63,762 nucleotides of DNA, filler included, from Chiloscyllium plagiosum (GCF_004010195.1; 3 parts of one record of this genome joined end to end with filler, not necessarily neighbours in it), one strand, 5' to 3'; shown: positions 13,400 to 27,222, numbered from the whole stretch's first letter. Numbers and translations are program-made. The notes: generated by a model not told the origin, from the letters alone.

Positions 13400-13780
13400 T
13401 AGGAGAAAGTGAGGACTGCAAGTGCTGGAAATCAGAGCTGAAAAATGTGTTGCTGGAAAAGCGCAGCAGGTCAGGCAGCATCCAAGGAGCAAGAGAATCG
13501 ATGTTTCGGGCATAAGCCCTTCTTCAGGGATGAGGAAGGTGTGCCAAGAAGGCTAAGATAAAAGGTAGGGAAGAGGGACTTGGGGGAGGGGCGTTGGGAA
13601 TGCGATAGGTGGAAGGAGGTTAAGGTGAGGGTGATAGGCCGGAGAGGGGGTGGGGGCAGAGAGGTCGGGAAGAAGATTGCAGGTCAAGAAGGCGGTGCTG
13701 AGTCCAAGGATTGGGACTGAGATAAAGTGGGGGGAGGGGAAATGAAGAAGCTGGAGAAATCTGCATTCATCCCTTGTGGA
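13400..13780 (-). mobile_element. Penelope-like element 3' end with terminal repeat and hammerhead motif (13499-13527)
   Basis: Same terminal repeat and purine-rich UTR as the GIY-YIG-bearing element at 26484-27222; minus strand reads CTGAAGA-A-GGGC-TTAT-GCCC-GAAACATC. Confidence 0.8.
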
Positions 13781-16700
13781 TATGATGGGTGGCAGTTATA
13801 GGAAGGGGGAAAAAAAAATCACAAATACAGTCACATAGATGGGTTAACTCCAAGAAAGGTAAGGGAGGTAGGCAGTTAGTACACGGGTCTTCTGTGGCTA
13901 TCCCCATTTCAAATAGCTGTGCAGTTTTGGAAAATGTAGGGGATGATGGATTCTCAGGGGTAGGTAGCATGAACAACCAAGTTTCTGGTATTGAGACTAG
14001 CTCTAATGCAATGAGGGGTACGTCGGGTTGCAAGAGATCAATTGTGTCAGGGGACTCTCTAGTCCAAGGTACAGACAGACGTTTCTGTGGACAGCAGCAA
14101 AAGATCAGATTGGTGTGTTGCTTCCCTAGTGCCAGGATCAAAAATGTCTCAGAAAGGGTGCAGAATGTTCTCAAGGAGGAGAGGGGCCATTGTCCACATT
14201 GGAACCAACGACACAGGAAAGGAAAAGGTTGAGATTCTGAAGGGAGATTACAGAGAGTTAGGCAGGAATTTAAAAAGGAGACCCTCAAGAATAGTAATAT
14301 CTGGATTACTCCCGATGCTACGAGCTAGTGAGGACAGGAACAGGAGGATAGAGTAGATGAACGCATGGCTGAGGAGGTGGTGTATGGGAGAAGGATTCAC
14401 ATTTTTTGGATCATAGGAAGCTCTTTTGGAGGAGAAGTGACCTGTACAAGAAGGACGGATTGCACCTAAATTGGAAGGGGACTAATATACTGGCAGGGAG
14501 ATTTGCTAGGGCGGCTCAGGAGGATTTAAACTAGTAAGGTGTGGCGAAGGTGGGATCCAGGGAGATAGTGAGGAAAGAGATCAATCTGAGATTGGTACAG
14601 TTGAGAACAAAGGCGAGTCAGGGCAGGCAGGGACAAAGCAGAGAATAAGGTAGGGCTGATAAATTCAACCGCATTTATTTCAATGCAAAGGGCCTAACAG
14701 GGAAGGCAGATGAACTCAGGGCATGGTTAGGAACATGGGACTGGGATGGACAGGACTGGCAGCATAATGTTCCAGGATACAAATGCTACAGGAAGGATAG
14801 TAAAGGAGGCAAGATATTACCAGAAATACATCCAGGGAAGTTATTTGGGTGGAACTGAGAAATAAGAAAGGGATGATCACCTTATTGGGATTGTATTATA
14901 GACTCCCTAATAGTCAGAGGGAAATTGAGAAACAAACTTGTAAGGAGATCTCAGCTATCTGTAAGAATAATAGGGTGGTTATAGTAGGGGATTTTAACTT
15001 ACCAAACATAGACTGGGACTACCATAGTATTAAGGGTTTAGATGGAGAAGAATTTGTTAAGTGTGTACAAGAACATTTTCTGATTCAGCATGTGTATGTA
15101 ACTACTAGAGAAGATGGAAAACTTGACCTACTCTTGGGAAATAAGGCAGGGCAAGAGACTAAGGTGTCAGTGGGGGAGCACTTTGGGGCCAGCGACCATA
15201 ATTCTATTAATTTTAAAATAGAGATGGAAAAGGATAGACCAGTTCTAAAGATTGAAGTTCTAAATTGGAGAAAGGCATTTGGATGGGTACATGAATAGGA
15301 AGGCTTTGGAGGGATATGGGCCGGGTGCTGGCAGGTGGGACTAGATTGGGTTGGGATATCTGGTCGGCATGGACGGGTTGGACTGAAGGGTCTGTTTCCA
15401 TGCTGTACATCTCTATGACTCTTAACTTTCAAAAGCTTATTGGGGGTAAACGTTCACAGGTAAAGGGACGGCTGGAAAATGGGAAGCCTTCAGAAATGGG
15501 ATACCAGAGTCTAGAGAAAGTATATTCCTGTTAGGGTGAAAGAAAAGGCTGGTAGATTTAGGGAATGCTGGATGACTCAGGATTTTGAGGGTTTTGGGTT
15601 AAGAAAAAGAAGGAAGCATATGTCAGGTATAGACAGGATAGATCGAGTGAATCCTTAGAAGAGTACAAAGGTAGTAGTATACTGAAGAGGGAAATCAGGA
15701 GGACAAAAAAGGGACATGAGATAGCTTTGGCAAATAGAGTTAAGGAGAATCTAAAAGGATTTTTACAAATACATTAAGGACAAAAGGGTAACTAGGGAGA
15801 GAACAGGGCCCTTCAAAGATCAGCAAGGCGGCCTTTGTGTGGAGCCGCAGAAAATGGGGAGATACTGATGAGTATTTTGCATCAGTATTTACTGTGGAAA
15901 AGGACATGGAAGATACAGAATGTAGGGAAATTGATGGTGAATCTAGAAAAATGTCCGTATTACATAGGAGGAAGTGCTGGATGTCTTGAAAAGCATAAAG
16001 GTGGATAAATCCCCAGGACCTGATCAGGTGCACCCTAGAACTCTGTGGGAGGCGAGGGAGGTGATTACTGGGCCTCTTATTGAAATATTTGTATCATCGA
16101 TAGTCACAGGTGAGGTGCCAAAAGACTGGAGGTTGGTTAACGTGGTGCCATTGTTTACAAAAAGTGATAAGGACAAGCCAGGGAACTATAGACCAGTGAG
16201 CCTGACATCGGTGGAGGGAATCCTGAGGAACAGGATGTACATGTATTTGGAAAGGCAAGGACTGATTAGGGATAGTCAACATGGCTTTGTGCGTGGGAAA
16301 TCATATCTCACAAACTTGATAGAGTTTTTTGAAGAAGTAACAAAGAGGATTGATGAGGGCAGAGTGTAGATGTGATCTAAAAGGACTACAGTAAGGCATT
16401 CGACAAGGTTCCCCATGGGAGACCGGTTAGCAAGGTTAGATCTCATGGAATACAGGGAGAACTAGCCATTTGGACACAGAACTGGCTCAAAGATAGAAGA
16501 CAGGGTTTCGGTGGAGGGTTGTTTTTCAGACTGGAGACCTGTGACAAATGGAGTTTCATAAGGATCGGTGCTGGGTCCACTTCTTTTTGTCATTTATTTA
16601 AGTGATTTGGATGTGAGCATAACACATATAGTTAGTAAGTTTGCTGATGACACCAAAATTGGAGGTGCAGTGGACAGCGAAGAAGGTTACCTCAGAGTAC

Positions 16701-17537
16701 AACGGGATCCTGATGAAATAGGCCAGGGGACTGAGAAGTGGCAGATGGAGTTTAATTCAGATAAATGCGAGGTGCTGCATTTTGGGAAAGCAAATCTTAG
16801 CAGGACTTATTCACTTAATGGCAAGTTCCTAGAGGGTGTTGCTGAACAAAGAGACCTTGGAGTGCAGGTTCATAGCTCCTTGAAAGTGGAGTTGCAGGTA
16901 GATAGGATAGTGAAGAAGGCATTTGATATGCTCTCCTTTACTGGTCAAAGTATTGAGTACAGGAGTTGGGAGGTCATGTTGAGGTTGTACAAGATATTGG
17001 TTAGGCCACTGTTGGAATATTGTGTGCAATTTTGGTCTCCTTCCTATCACAAAGATGTTGGGAAACTTGAAAGGGTTCAGAAAAGATTTACAAGAATTTT
17101 GCCAGGGTTGGAGGATTTGAGCTATAAGAAGAGGCTGGGCTGTTTTCCCTGGAGCTTCGGAGGCTGAGAGGTGACCTTATAGAGGTTTATAAAATCATGA
17201 CGGGCATGAATAGGATAAATAGACAAAGTCTTTTCCCTGGGGTGGGGGAATCCAGAACTAGAGGGTAGGTTTAGGGAAAGATATAAAAGAGACCAAAGGG
17301 GCAACTTTTTCACGCAGAGGGTGGTATGGTATGAGCTGCCAGAGGAAGTGGTGGACACTAGTACAATTGCAATATTTAGAAGACATTTGGATGGGTACAT
17401 AAATAGGAAGGATTTGGAGGGATATGGGCCGGGTGCTGGCAGATGGGACTAGATTGGGTTGGGATAGCTGGTCGGCACGAATGGACTGGACCGAAGGGTC
17501 TGTTTCCATGCTGTACATCTCTTTGACTCTATGACTG
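13781..17537 (+). mobile_element. Long decayed CR1 LINE: ORF1 SGNH-esterase-like part, ORF2 endonuclease and reverse transcriptase, 3' UTR; a short CR1 tail is nested at about 15272-15422
   Basis: IVSGDSLV and VHIGTND (ORF1); VIVGDFN and SDHN (endonuclease); KSPGPD, NYRPVSLTS, SQHGF, LGPLLF and KFADDTK (RT). Many stops and frameshifts. Confidence 0.92.
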
Positions 17538-18149
17538 TAAGTGTGGAGCTGGTTAATATAGATAAATCTTTGAAAAAGTTCAAAATATTTTAAAAGTAAT
17601 TTTCAAAAAAGACCAAACCCATGTCCAGGATATTTACAGCACATGGAGGTTAGTGCAAGTATGCATCAAATAGTTGCAGCTCCTCCCAAATGGCTATTTT
17701 GCACCCATCACCAAGATTACTATCAAGGGGTCAGAGAATCAGATCAACTGCTCAAAATACCACTGCTCCCCTCCAGCTTTTTGTGGCTGTTCATGGCTCT
17801 TTGATCATCCCGTTGCAACAAGGATGCTTAAGGCACAGGAAAGGAGTTCTTGGTAATGAGTCACAGGTGGGGAAAGGACATGAAAAGCATGATAATTTAG
17901 GGACTGTTTCAGGACAACTATAACACTGGGTGCAGCTGTGTCAAAGAAGAGGTCTTTCCGAGAAAAATTTCTCAGTTGGCACTAATGAAACTCATTGTTT
18001 AATTTACTTCTCATACACATATGTGGTCTGTCCCAAGTTACTGAATTTTTAAACTTTCCCCATACCACTACCAACTGTTTTCAATGTGACTCTCTTCATA
18101 AGTTAGCATGTTCCAACCCACTGTACAGTCAACACAAAAGTAGGAAAGA

Positions 18150-18495
18150 GAGTGTCGCATGCAGGAAAATCCAACTAACTGCAATATCATAGTGACCAGG
18201 TAATCTATCTTCTTGTGTAGTCTGAGGGTCAACTATTGACTAGGAAACCAGGAAGAACTTGCTGGTCCTGTTCAAATTAGTACCATGGTGTATTTTACAT
18301 TGATCTGAATGGGCCTTATTTTAAGATCTCATCCAATTGACGACAACAACAACTCTAACAATGCAATCCTCCCTCAGTACTGCACTGGTGGGACAGTCAG
18401 CCTGGACTTTACATGCTCAGGTCTGTGGATTGGGGTTTTAACCCACAAATCAATGGTTCAGCTGTGAGGATGCAACCTACTTAAGCCAAGGCTGT
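18150..18495 (-). mobile_element. DeuSINE (SacSINE1/AmnSINE1-like)
   Basis: Reverse complement contains cagtgcagtactgagggag and agattacctggtcactat, which I recognise as Deu-SINE blocks, behind a tRNA-like head. Confidence 0.7.
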
Positions 18496-18789
18496 CACCA
18501 TGGGCAGGAACCCAATACACTCTCGACCTCAGCCCACTGTAGAAAAACTGATGGTAGCATTAGAAATGAATTAGATAATATAGCACCAACAATAGTATAA
18601 AATAAAATCCAAGAAAACCAGGTGGGTTTTCCCCAACAATTGTTAATGATTGCATGATTGTGACTTTTAATTGCAGATTTTAGCATTTAATTCAATTTCC
18701 ACCATCTGCCAAGATAGGATTTGAACTAGGTCCCCAGAACATTATCTGCGCCGCTAGATTAATAGTCTAGCAAGAATGCCTTTAGGGGC

Positions 18790-19385
18790 ACAGTGTGCAA
18801 AAGCAAGCAGGTGAGATTGACCTCGTACAAGAAACTTGTTAGACCTCAGTTGGAGTATTGTGTACAGTGTGGGTACAACATTATAGGAAAGATGTGAACG
18901 CATTTGCGAGAGTGAAGAAATGATTTTTAAGAACAGTTCCAGGAATGAGAAACTTCAGTTATGAGAATAGTTTGAAGAAGTTGGGACTATTTTTCTTGGA
19001 GAGAAGGCAGGTAAGACAAGATCTAACACAATTTTTCAAAATGATAAACGGGCTGGATAAAGTAGATAAGGAAAAGCTAATCCTGCTTGTAAAAGGAAAA
19101 AGAACAAGAGGACACGGATTTAAAGTGATGTGCAAAAGAAGCAAGGGTGATGTGAGAAAACGTTTTCACACAGCGAGTAGTTAGGGCAACATTGGCTGAA
19201 AGTGTGGTGGAGGTAGGTTCAACAAAGGGTTTCAGGAAAAGCATTAGATGATTAACTGGATAGGAATGGTGTGCAGGGACATGGGGAAAAGGCAGGAGAC
19301 TGGTACAAAGGAATATCACCAGCGAAGGTGAGATGGGCTGAATGACCTTCTTCTGCACCATAACAAATCTGTGATTCTGTGAGTA
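18790..19385 (+). mobile_element. CR1 3' fragment
   Basis: ORF SYENSLKKLGLFFLERR...RTRGHGFK followed by a CR1 3' UTR. Confidence 0.8.
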
Positions 19386-19502
19386 AAATCTTATCTGAGT
19401 TCTGGAAAGAATGGACGTGAATCTTCCTCCTCAAGGGCAGACTGCTAATTGATGTGCAGCTGGTACTTTCCGAAAAAAACCCAGATCCAATGGACAAAAA
19501 AT

Positions 19503-19750
19503 ATGGTGGCACAGTGGTTAGCATTGCTGCCTCACAGCGCCAAGGACCCAGGTTCGATTCCAGCCTTGGGTGACTGTGTGACTGTCTGTGTGGACTTTGC
19601 ACATTCTCCCCATTATCTGCTTGGGTTTGCTCCCACAGTCTAAAGGTGTACAGGTGAATTTGCCATGCTAAATTGCCCATAGTGTTAGGAACATTAATCA
19701 CAGGGAAATGGGTTTGGGTGGGTTAGTGTTTCCACACTGTAGGGAACCTA
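19503..19750 (+). mobile_element. HE1-like (V-SINE) tRNA-derived SINE
   Basis: A box ggtggcacagtggtt, B box ggttcgattcc, V-domain-like tgtgtggactttgcacattctcccc. Confidence 0.8.
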
Positions 19751-20209
19751 ATCAGGTATAGTCATTAAGAAAAAAATAAATTGTACATAATGAAATGTTA
19801 GCAATTCCTACAGATGTAGGCACAGGTTGAAGAAGATTCAAACTAATGCACCTCAGTAAAATACATTTAGAGTTCTGTATAAAGAATAAATATTGATCTT
19901 AGGATTTGTCTTATTCATTGCATTTTGTATGTTTAGGTACATTCATTGCAAACCACTGTCTTTGCATTTCTCCTTTGCATTTCATCTTTCTTAGCTCTCT
20001 CATATCTAATATGGAACTATTTCCTTCTTTAATATCCTCCAAAACTCTCACTTTATTCCTCTCTTCTACTTCTGTGCTGGTGCCTATGTCTCTGCCAATT
20101 TAGTTTAAACCCTCTCCAATTACATGGCTGACCAATGATCAATGGTAGATTTGAGCAGCCCAAGTTGTAATACTACAGTTATTTCAATGCCTCAGTGGTT
20201 GTACTTTCA

Positions 20210-20865
20210 ATGCAACTCAAACTTCCGCTGCCTCCATCCTAACTCACACTAAGTCCTCTTACCCCTGTATTTACTGACTTACAGAGGCTGGCAGTCTGGT
20301 CTGGAAATACCTGCATTCTAAAATTCTCAGCATTATGTTTAAATTTTTGCATTCTTTTTATTTTTGCGAATACAGATCGCCCGAGCCAAGACTTATTTTC
20401 TGAATTCAATGTGATTAGTCCGCCACTTAGTCTTCAGAGGTGATATACCCCTGTAAAGTGCAGCATTGTTTGTGCCTGTTCACAAGTGCATAGTGGTTTA
20501 CAGTAAGGCCCAAGTAGTAGAGGTTAGCTGCACAAAGGCTTGACTTGAATCTGGCCTCCAAAACATCGCTGTTTTCTCTAACTATCTGAAAACTCTGTGT
20601 TCTCCCATCTCTTGCACATCACCCACTTCTTTCACCTCTCTGTGTGCGTATCTTTAGATACATCGAACATAAGCTTAGGAATTCCCTTCCGAACACTCTG
20701 CGCCTGTCCTTCTCTCTCTCTCTCTATCTTCAAGTGTTGTTAAAACGTACCATAGTGAAAAAACCCGACTTTTCCATCTTTGATGACCTTTCCACCCTCG
20801 ATGCCATGTGAATTTTATCTGACAATTTTATTGCAAATTACTTGGTGATATTTTATAACATTAAA
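20210..20865 (+). mobile_element. Old L2-like LINE 3' end, interrupted at about 20350-20550
   Basis: Decayed coding resembling AA.ILT.TK...TPV..DL.WL...KIL, then a WNSLP-like segment (ggaattcccttcc). Confidence 0.5.
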
Positions 20866-20869
20866 ACAG

Positions 20870-21215
20870 CACATTGATTAGCATTGCTGCCTCACAGCGC
20901 AAGGGACCCGGGTTTGATTCCACCCTCGGGCGACTGTCTGTTTGGAGTTTACACGTTCTCTCCATGTCTGTATGGGTTCCCTTCAGGTGCTCTAGTTTAC
21001 TCCCACAGTCCAAAGGTGTGCAGGTTAGGTGGTTTGGCCATGCTAAATTTCTCAGTACTGTCCAGGGATATGCAAGCTAAGTGGGTGAGCCATGGGAAAT
21101 GCAGGGTGTTGGGGATGGGGTGTGTCTGGACGGGATGCTCTTTGTAGGTTCTGTGCAGACCTGACAGGCTGAACTGGCCTCTATCCACAGTCTACAGGAT
21201 TTTTTGATTCTATGA
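20870..21215 (+). mobile_element. HE1-like (V-SINE) SINE
   Basis: agcattgctgcctcacagcgcaagggacccgggtttgattcc head plus V-domain and a CR1-like tail. Confidence 0.8.
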
Positions 21216-21276
21216 AAAGCAATGTATAGAAAATACAAGCAATATAAAACATCGTATGCTTATATTGTTTCTAAAC

Positions 21277-21772
21277 AAACTTGACATGGCAGTGAATACC
21301 CGTGCCAACTTTTATCGGTGCACCATCGAGAGCATCCTGTCTGGATGTATCACTACCTGGTATGGCAACTGTACCATTCAAGATCGGAGACGGTTACAGA
21401 GAGTGGTGAACTCGGCCCAGACAATCACAAAGGCCAATCTCCCATCTATAGAATCCATCAACCAGCCCCGCTGTCAAGGAAAGGCCGCCAGCATTCTCCA
21501 AGATCTACCCCACCCTGGTAATACTTTTCTACAACCTCTACCATCGGGGAGAAGGTACAGAAGCCTGAACACATGCACCAGCCCGTTTCACAACAGTTTC
21601 TACCCTACTGTTGTTAGAATACTGAATGGACTCTCAAACTCTTAACATTAGACTGTACCTGTGTTTTTGTTTTTGCCGCTGTTTACCTATTATTTACTTA
21701 TCTATGCTATTTAACTCTGTGATCTGCCTGTATTGCTCTGTACTCGTGACAATAAATTCAATACAATTAAAT
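21277..21772 (+). mobile_element. Rex1/Babar-type non-LTR retrotransposon 3' fragment
   Basis: ORF NFYRCTIESILSGCITTWYGNCT...RRLQRVV...LPSGRRYRSL...NSFYPTVVRILN is typical of Rex1/Babar RT C-termini; ends in an aataaattcaat tail. Confidence 0.8.
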
Positions 21773-21779
21773 GAATATT

Positions 21780-22205
21780 TATGGAGATATTAAGCAGTCT
21801 AGACCTATATTTCATGGAATTCAGAAAAATAGGAGAAGATCTAAATGAAACATATAAATTTCTTAATGGAACCTGATATGGTAGATACTGAGAAAATGTT
21901 TCCACTGGCTGGGGAATATATAACATGGGCTAACAACCTCAGAATAAAAGGTTGGCTATTCAGGAATGAGATACAGAGATTTTTTTTCATTTAAGAGAAG
22001 GTGAATCATTTGAACTTGCAACCCCAGATATCAGTGGATGCTTAGTCGTTGAGTATCTCGAAGCTAGATCAATAGATTTCTTGATACTAAAGGAAATTTT
22101 GGAATATGGGATAGTGCAGCTAAGGTAGAAGATCAGCCATAATCTAAATGGATGGTATTGCAGGATAGAGGGGCCAAATGGTCTACCTCAGCTTCTATTT
22201 CTTCT
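21780..22205 (+). mobile_element. Old CR1 3' fragment
   Basis: Decayed GDL.E.YK-like segment and CR1 3' UTR (gatcagccat...gggccaaatggtctac). Confidence 0.6.
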
Positions 22206-24964
22206 GTCATCCAGAACTGAGAGAATAACTCAGAAAACATACATTCTTTAACTTTAGAGGCTTCTGGTCCTATAGCTGTCAGCCTTACTGATAGGAACTT
22301 GGAACTTTTGAGGATTAATTATCAGCCTTTTGTTGGATATGTCCAGCAACATTGGATATGCAGAAAGGAATAGTTTGGGCATTGTCTTTTTAAGCGGTTT
22401 ATATCCAACAGGCATGCCACTCATATGAAATATACTGTTTATAGTAAATACAACAAAATGGTGAGGAGATCAGTTGGTTTTGATTTCAATCAGCCAGGTG
22501 TGCACTGCCCAAGAGGAACAGATGTTTCGATGTGACGACTACTTTGTAGTTAATGAGATGGAGAAGAATGGCACAGATGGAGAAAAGGTTCAAATTTCAG
22601 CCTCTTCTGGGAGACAGGTTTTTACTGAATAGCAGTAATGTGGTTGAGTGGAAGGCGACAGCTCCGCTTAGCTTTTACACTACAGAGAGCCGGCCAGTCA
22701 CTGGTGATTGATAGCACAGCAGGAAAAATAACTCAGACCCTATGTGGTCCTCCAGAAGCTCAAACTGAAGAAGAAGGGAAGTTGGAGGGGGTGGGGATTC
22801 AGATAATGTTTTGTTTCTAATGATACCTCTTCTATTTGCAAGTTTGAAATGAAAATATTAAATTATAAAACACCTGCAAATACAGGTCACCAGAAAATGC
22901 TGCAAATACTCAGTCAACATTTGTAAATCTTGAACAGGTATGATGGCTAAATGGCCTCCTTTTGTGCTGCATCATTTGAAAATGGAAAAAAGACAGGGTT
23001 GGGTTTTTGATCACATGTAGCAAGGATTCAATTGTGAAGTCTCATCATTAGTCTTTTCTCTCTGCGAGTATTCTATTTACTAAAGACTTACCTATAGAAA
23101 GATGAATTAAAAATGTATAAGGGAATCCATGGGTTAAGCAACAGAGCACAGAGCACCAGCTTAATAAACACTGGCTAGTCCCCAGTTTTACAGGTTAGAG
23201 AGAATGCCAATTTTTGAGAGAGGTACAGGGACTTCAGGTATGTGGAGAAATTGGATATGATGGAATTGTTCTCCTCAGAGAATGATAAAGAAATATTAAA
23301 CATGTGTTCAAAAATATGACAGTTTTCATAGAGTAAATAAGGAGAAATGTTTTCCGTTGGCAAGAGGCTCAGTAACCAAAGGATGCAGACTTAAAATGAT
23401 TGGCAAAAGAATCTAATGGGAGAGACTGTAGCATCGTAGTAATGTCACTACATTAGTAATTCAGAAGCTCATGTTAATGCTTTGGGATAAGAATGGCATG
23501 TGGTGGAATTAGAAACTAGCCTTGGTGATCATGATGCTATCATCAATTGTCATTAAAGCCTAACTGTTTCAATAATATCCTTTAAAGAAGGAAATCTGCT
23601 ATCCTAACCCAGTCTGGTCCACGTGACTCCAGACCTACAGCAATGTGGTTAACTCTGAACTGCCCTGAAATGGCCTAGCCAGCCATTCAGTCCAAGGGCA
23701 ACAGGAATGGGCAACTCTGCCAGCGATGCCCCCATTCTCATGAATAAATAATATACTTTTTAAAAAGTTGGGTCGTGAATGTGGTAGTAGTGGGGGGGGG
23801 AAGAAAGAGAGAGAGAACTGAGAGGGTTTCTCATGAAGTGAGTTGTTGAGAGTCTAAATATGCTACCTAATAGGGAAATGGTAGCAGGTACAATAATAAC
23901 TTTCAAAACAAAAGGAAACATTTGCAGGCTATGGGAAAACAGTAGGCGAGTAGGATTTGTTGGGCAACCCTTTCAAAAAGCTGGCAGAAACACAGTGATG
24001 AATAACTTGTTTTGTGTGATTTTGTGAACTGACCTGCTGATCATTTTCAACATTTGAAAGCAATTTAATTCCAGCAGAAAGCAGTTTTGCTTGAATAGAA
24101 CTTTGTATTAAAGAGGCATATGGGAAAATGACGAATTTCTGAGAATAAACGCTAACTGGTGCATACATGTGTCACACGTACATGTGTGGGCCCCAAATAC
24201 CCCACATCTAACCAACCATCCACATTAGGTTTAAGTGATACTGTAATATACTTGGAACCACGGTCACTCTCCTTTCTCTCTTTCTGCTGATTATTTGCCA
24301 TTTAATTTGGAGATTCTAGTCCAGGTGACATTTCTGAAACTGTTCATCAGAGAAAGGACTCACTGCGAATTCATGTGTCCATCTCCACCCTGTAGAAAGA
24401 TTGCAACTAGGTGATGTACAAAGACAGTTTTAATTGCTGAGTGGAGCCAGGCTGGCATATAATCATGAGGTCACACAATAGGAAAACAATGAGAATGATC
24501 TTCACTGCAGACTTGAGATTTTCCATCTGGTTGGAAAGACTGTATAGATAATGCCTCACTGTGGGGAAGAGCAGTTCATTTGGAGAGGGGATAGGTAACT
24601 AAGTTGCAGACAGAGAGAGAGAGAAAGAGAAAGGCAGGCAGGCTTTGAATGCAGTTAATAACAACGAGAACAAGGTGAAAAGAATAATTAGTCTGAATTT
24701 AATTATTTGGAACAATATTATTTCTGTGGATTCTGATCATTTCAGCAATTAATAATTTCTAAAAGCTTCTTTTATAGATCAGAATACTCTTCTTGGATAT
24801 GAAGGCCAGTAAGATGATCATGATTAGAGCTTTGTTGATTCCTACTTCTCCTTCACAGCAGTGGTTTACGCTTTAACTCTTTCCAATATTCTGCAGCAAC
24901 CTAATCCATTTGGTGAGGATCATTTCCTTGTTCTATTTTCCAATGATCTCTTGGTTGTAATAAA

Positions 24965-25150
24965 ACAAGGAACTGCAGATTCTGAAGACCTGAAACATAA
25001 TAGAAGTTGCTGGCGAAACTCAGTAGGTATGGCAGTATCTGTGGTAGGAAAGCAGTCATAGTGTTTCATGTCTGATGAAAAGTCACCGGACTTGAAATGT
25101 TATCTCTGCTTTCTTCCCACAGATCTGTTGGTTGTCTTGCACTCTGTCTT
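24965..25150. mobile_element. Older Penelope-type foldback remnant with a hammerhead-like motif at 25072-25101 (+)
   Basis: CTGATGA-A-AAGTC-ACCG-GACTT-GAAATGTT; partial inverted arms (atctgtggtaggaaagcag / ctgctttcttcccacagat). Confidence 0.6.
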
Positions 25151-25544
25151 TGCATTAAAATATGTTATGATGGAAACTGCATTCAGTTTCCTTAAATTGT
25201 ATTGCTACCTCCTAATGGTCCCTTTTCTATACTTACAACTAATAATGTTAGGAAGCTTCATCCTACCTGATTACTGCCTTGCCCAACATCACTGTCTACT
25301 TAAATACTTCATGATATAGTAGAACAGTGGAATCAATTACGTCAGATGAACTGCAATCCCCACCTCCTCTCCCTTCCAAAATTCTTTGATCTCGCGCAAT
25401 CAATTTAGCTTCAGCCTGAGAGATTTACCTTTGATCTTATAATGCTTCCTGATCAGCAGCAATCTACGACTTTGAAGCATTAGGCTGGAAAGGTCATGTC
25501 ATTTTTAGGTGCCCCTTGGGCTTAACATGATAAGTGGCGTTGTT

Positions 25545-26290
25545 TCAAATTGGCTCGATTGATAGCCTTCTCACCTCTGAATCATTGACTGAAGCACTCA
25601 AGGACTGGAGCACAGGATCTAGCGTGGTACTCTTGTGCACAGAATGCTGCATTGTTGGAGGTGCTTTATTTTAGAGGAAAACAAACTGAAGGCTATCTAT
25701 TCTCACAAATGGATATGCAAGATCCCATGGCATTATCTCAAAGAAGACCAATGGACAGCCCACGAAGATAGGAGGAACCTGACTCCCTGACAGAGAGTTC
25801 AACAACCAGGGGTCATAGATTCAGGCCAAGCGGTAGAAGGATTAGAGGGGACATGAGGAAAAACCTTTTTACACAGAAGGTGATGGATATCTGAAATTCA
25901 CTGCCTGAGTTGATGGAGGAGACAGAGACCCTAAACTCTTAAAAAGTATCTGGATCTGCAATGTAAGTGCTGTCAGCCGTGTGCAGGAAGGTGGGATTAG
26001 AAAGGGCATCTGGATGTCTTTGGGTCAGCAAGGATTACATGGGCCAAATGGCCCCCTTCTATGCTGTATCATTTCTATGGTTCTATGGAGTTGTGCCTGG
26101 TCCCCTGAATATCCACCCTTTAATCAAGATCACAAAAAGAGATTATCTGGTCATTATCACATTGCTGCCTCTGGGAGCTTGGTGGGTACAAATTGGCTGC
26201 TGAGAATTCAACAGTATGATAGAAAAGACATTTCAAAAAGTGTTTCATTGGCTATAAAGGATAGAACATACAATGGTCATGAAAAGAGTC
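25545..26290 (+). mobile_element. DeuSINE split by a CR1 3' fragment (about 25756-26089)
   Basis: tgctgcattgttggaggtgc...gatcccatggca before the CR1 piece and agattatctggtcattatcacattgctg...aaattggctgc after it. Confidence 0.72.
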
Positions 26291-26483
26291 AAATATTTTG
26301 GATGCTCATAATCAGAAATAAAAATAGAAATTGCTGAAAATATTTAGCAGATCTGGCAGCACCTGTGGAGAGAGAAACAGGGTTAACGTTGCAGGTCCAG
26401 TACCTGCGTGCAGAAAGCAGAGTTAACATTACAGGTCCAGTTCTTCTTCAGAAGAACCCCATCATGGAAGTTGCTATACAACC

Positions 26484-27222
26484 AGGTAAAAACAATGACT
26501 GCAGATGCTGGAAACCAGATTCTGGATTAGTGGCGCTGGAAGAACACAGCAGTTCAGGCAGCATCTGAGGAGCAGTGAAATCGACGTTTCGGGTAAAAGC
26601 CCTTCATCAGGAATAAAGACAGAGAGCCTGAAGCGTGGAGAGATAAGCTAGAGGAGGGTGGGGGTGGGGAGTTTAGCATANNNNNTGGAAGTTTGGAATT
26701 AGGGTGAGGTGGGGGAAGGGGAAATGAGGAAACTGTTGAAGTCCACATTGATGTCCTGGGGTTGAAGTGTTCCGAGGTGGAAGATGAGGCGTTCTTCCTC
26801 CAGGTGTCTGGTGGTGAGGGAGCGGCGGTGAAGGTGGCCCAGGACCTCCATGTCCTCGGCAGAGTGGGAGGGGGAGTTGAAATGTTGGGCCACGGGGCGG
26901 TGTGGTTGATTGGTGCGGGTGTCCCGGAGATGTTCCCTAAAGCGCTCTGCTCGGAGGCGTCCAGTCTCCCCAATGCAGAGGAGACCGCATCGGGAGCAAC
27001 GGATACAATAAATGATATTGGTGGATGTGCAGGTAAAACGTTGATGGATGTGGAAGGTCCTTTAGGGCCTTGGATAGAGGTGAGGGAGGAGGTGTGGGCA
27101 CAGGTTTTACAGTTCCTGCGGTGGCAGGGGAAGGTGCCAGGATGGGAGGGTGGGTTGTAGGGGGGCGTGGACCTGACCAGGTAGTCACGGAGGGAACGGT
27201 CTTTGCAAAAGGTGGAAAGAGG
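26484..27222 (-). mobile_element. Penelope-like element 3' part: GIY-YIG endonuclease remnant, UTR and hammerhead-bearing terminal repeat
   Basis: Frameshifted SLRDYLVRS...PGTFPCHRRNCKTC, NIIYCIRCSRCGLLCIGETGR and AQHFNSPSH...EEERLIFHLGTLQPQDIN; hammerhead motif at 26583-26610. Confidence 0.88.

Noticed and set aside
13781..17537. CR1 as an active or domesticated gene
   Set aside because: Multiple stops, frameshifts and a nested insertion; the 5' end is missing.
19503..19575. tRNA gene suggested by A and B boxes (also at 55556, 47955, 62665)
   Set aside because: These are SINE heads continuing into V-domain and LINE-like tails, not complete cloverleafs.
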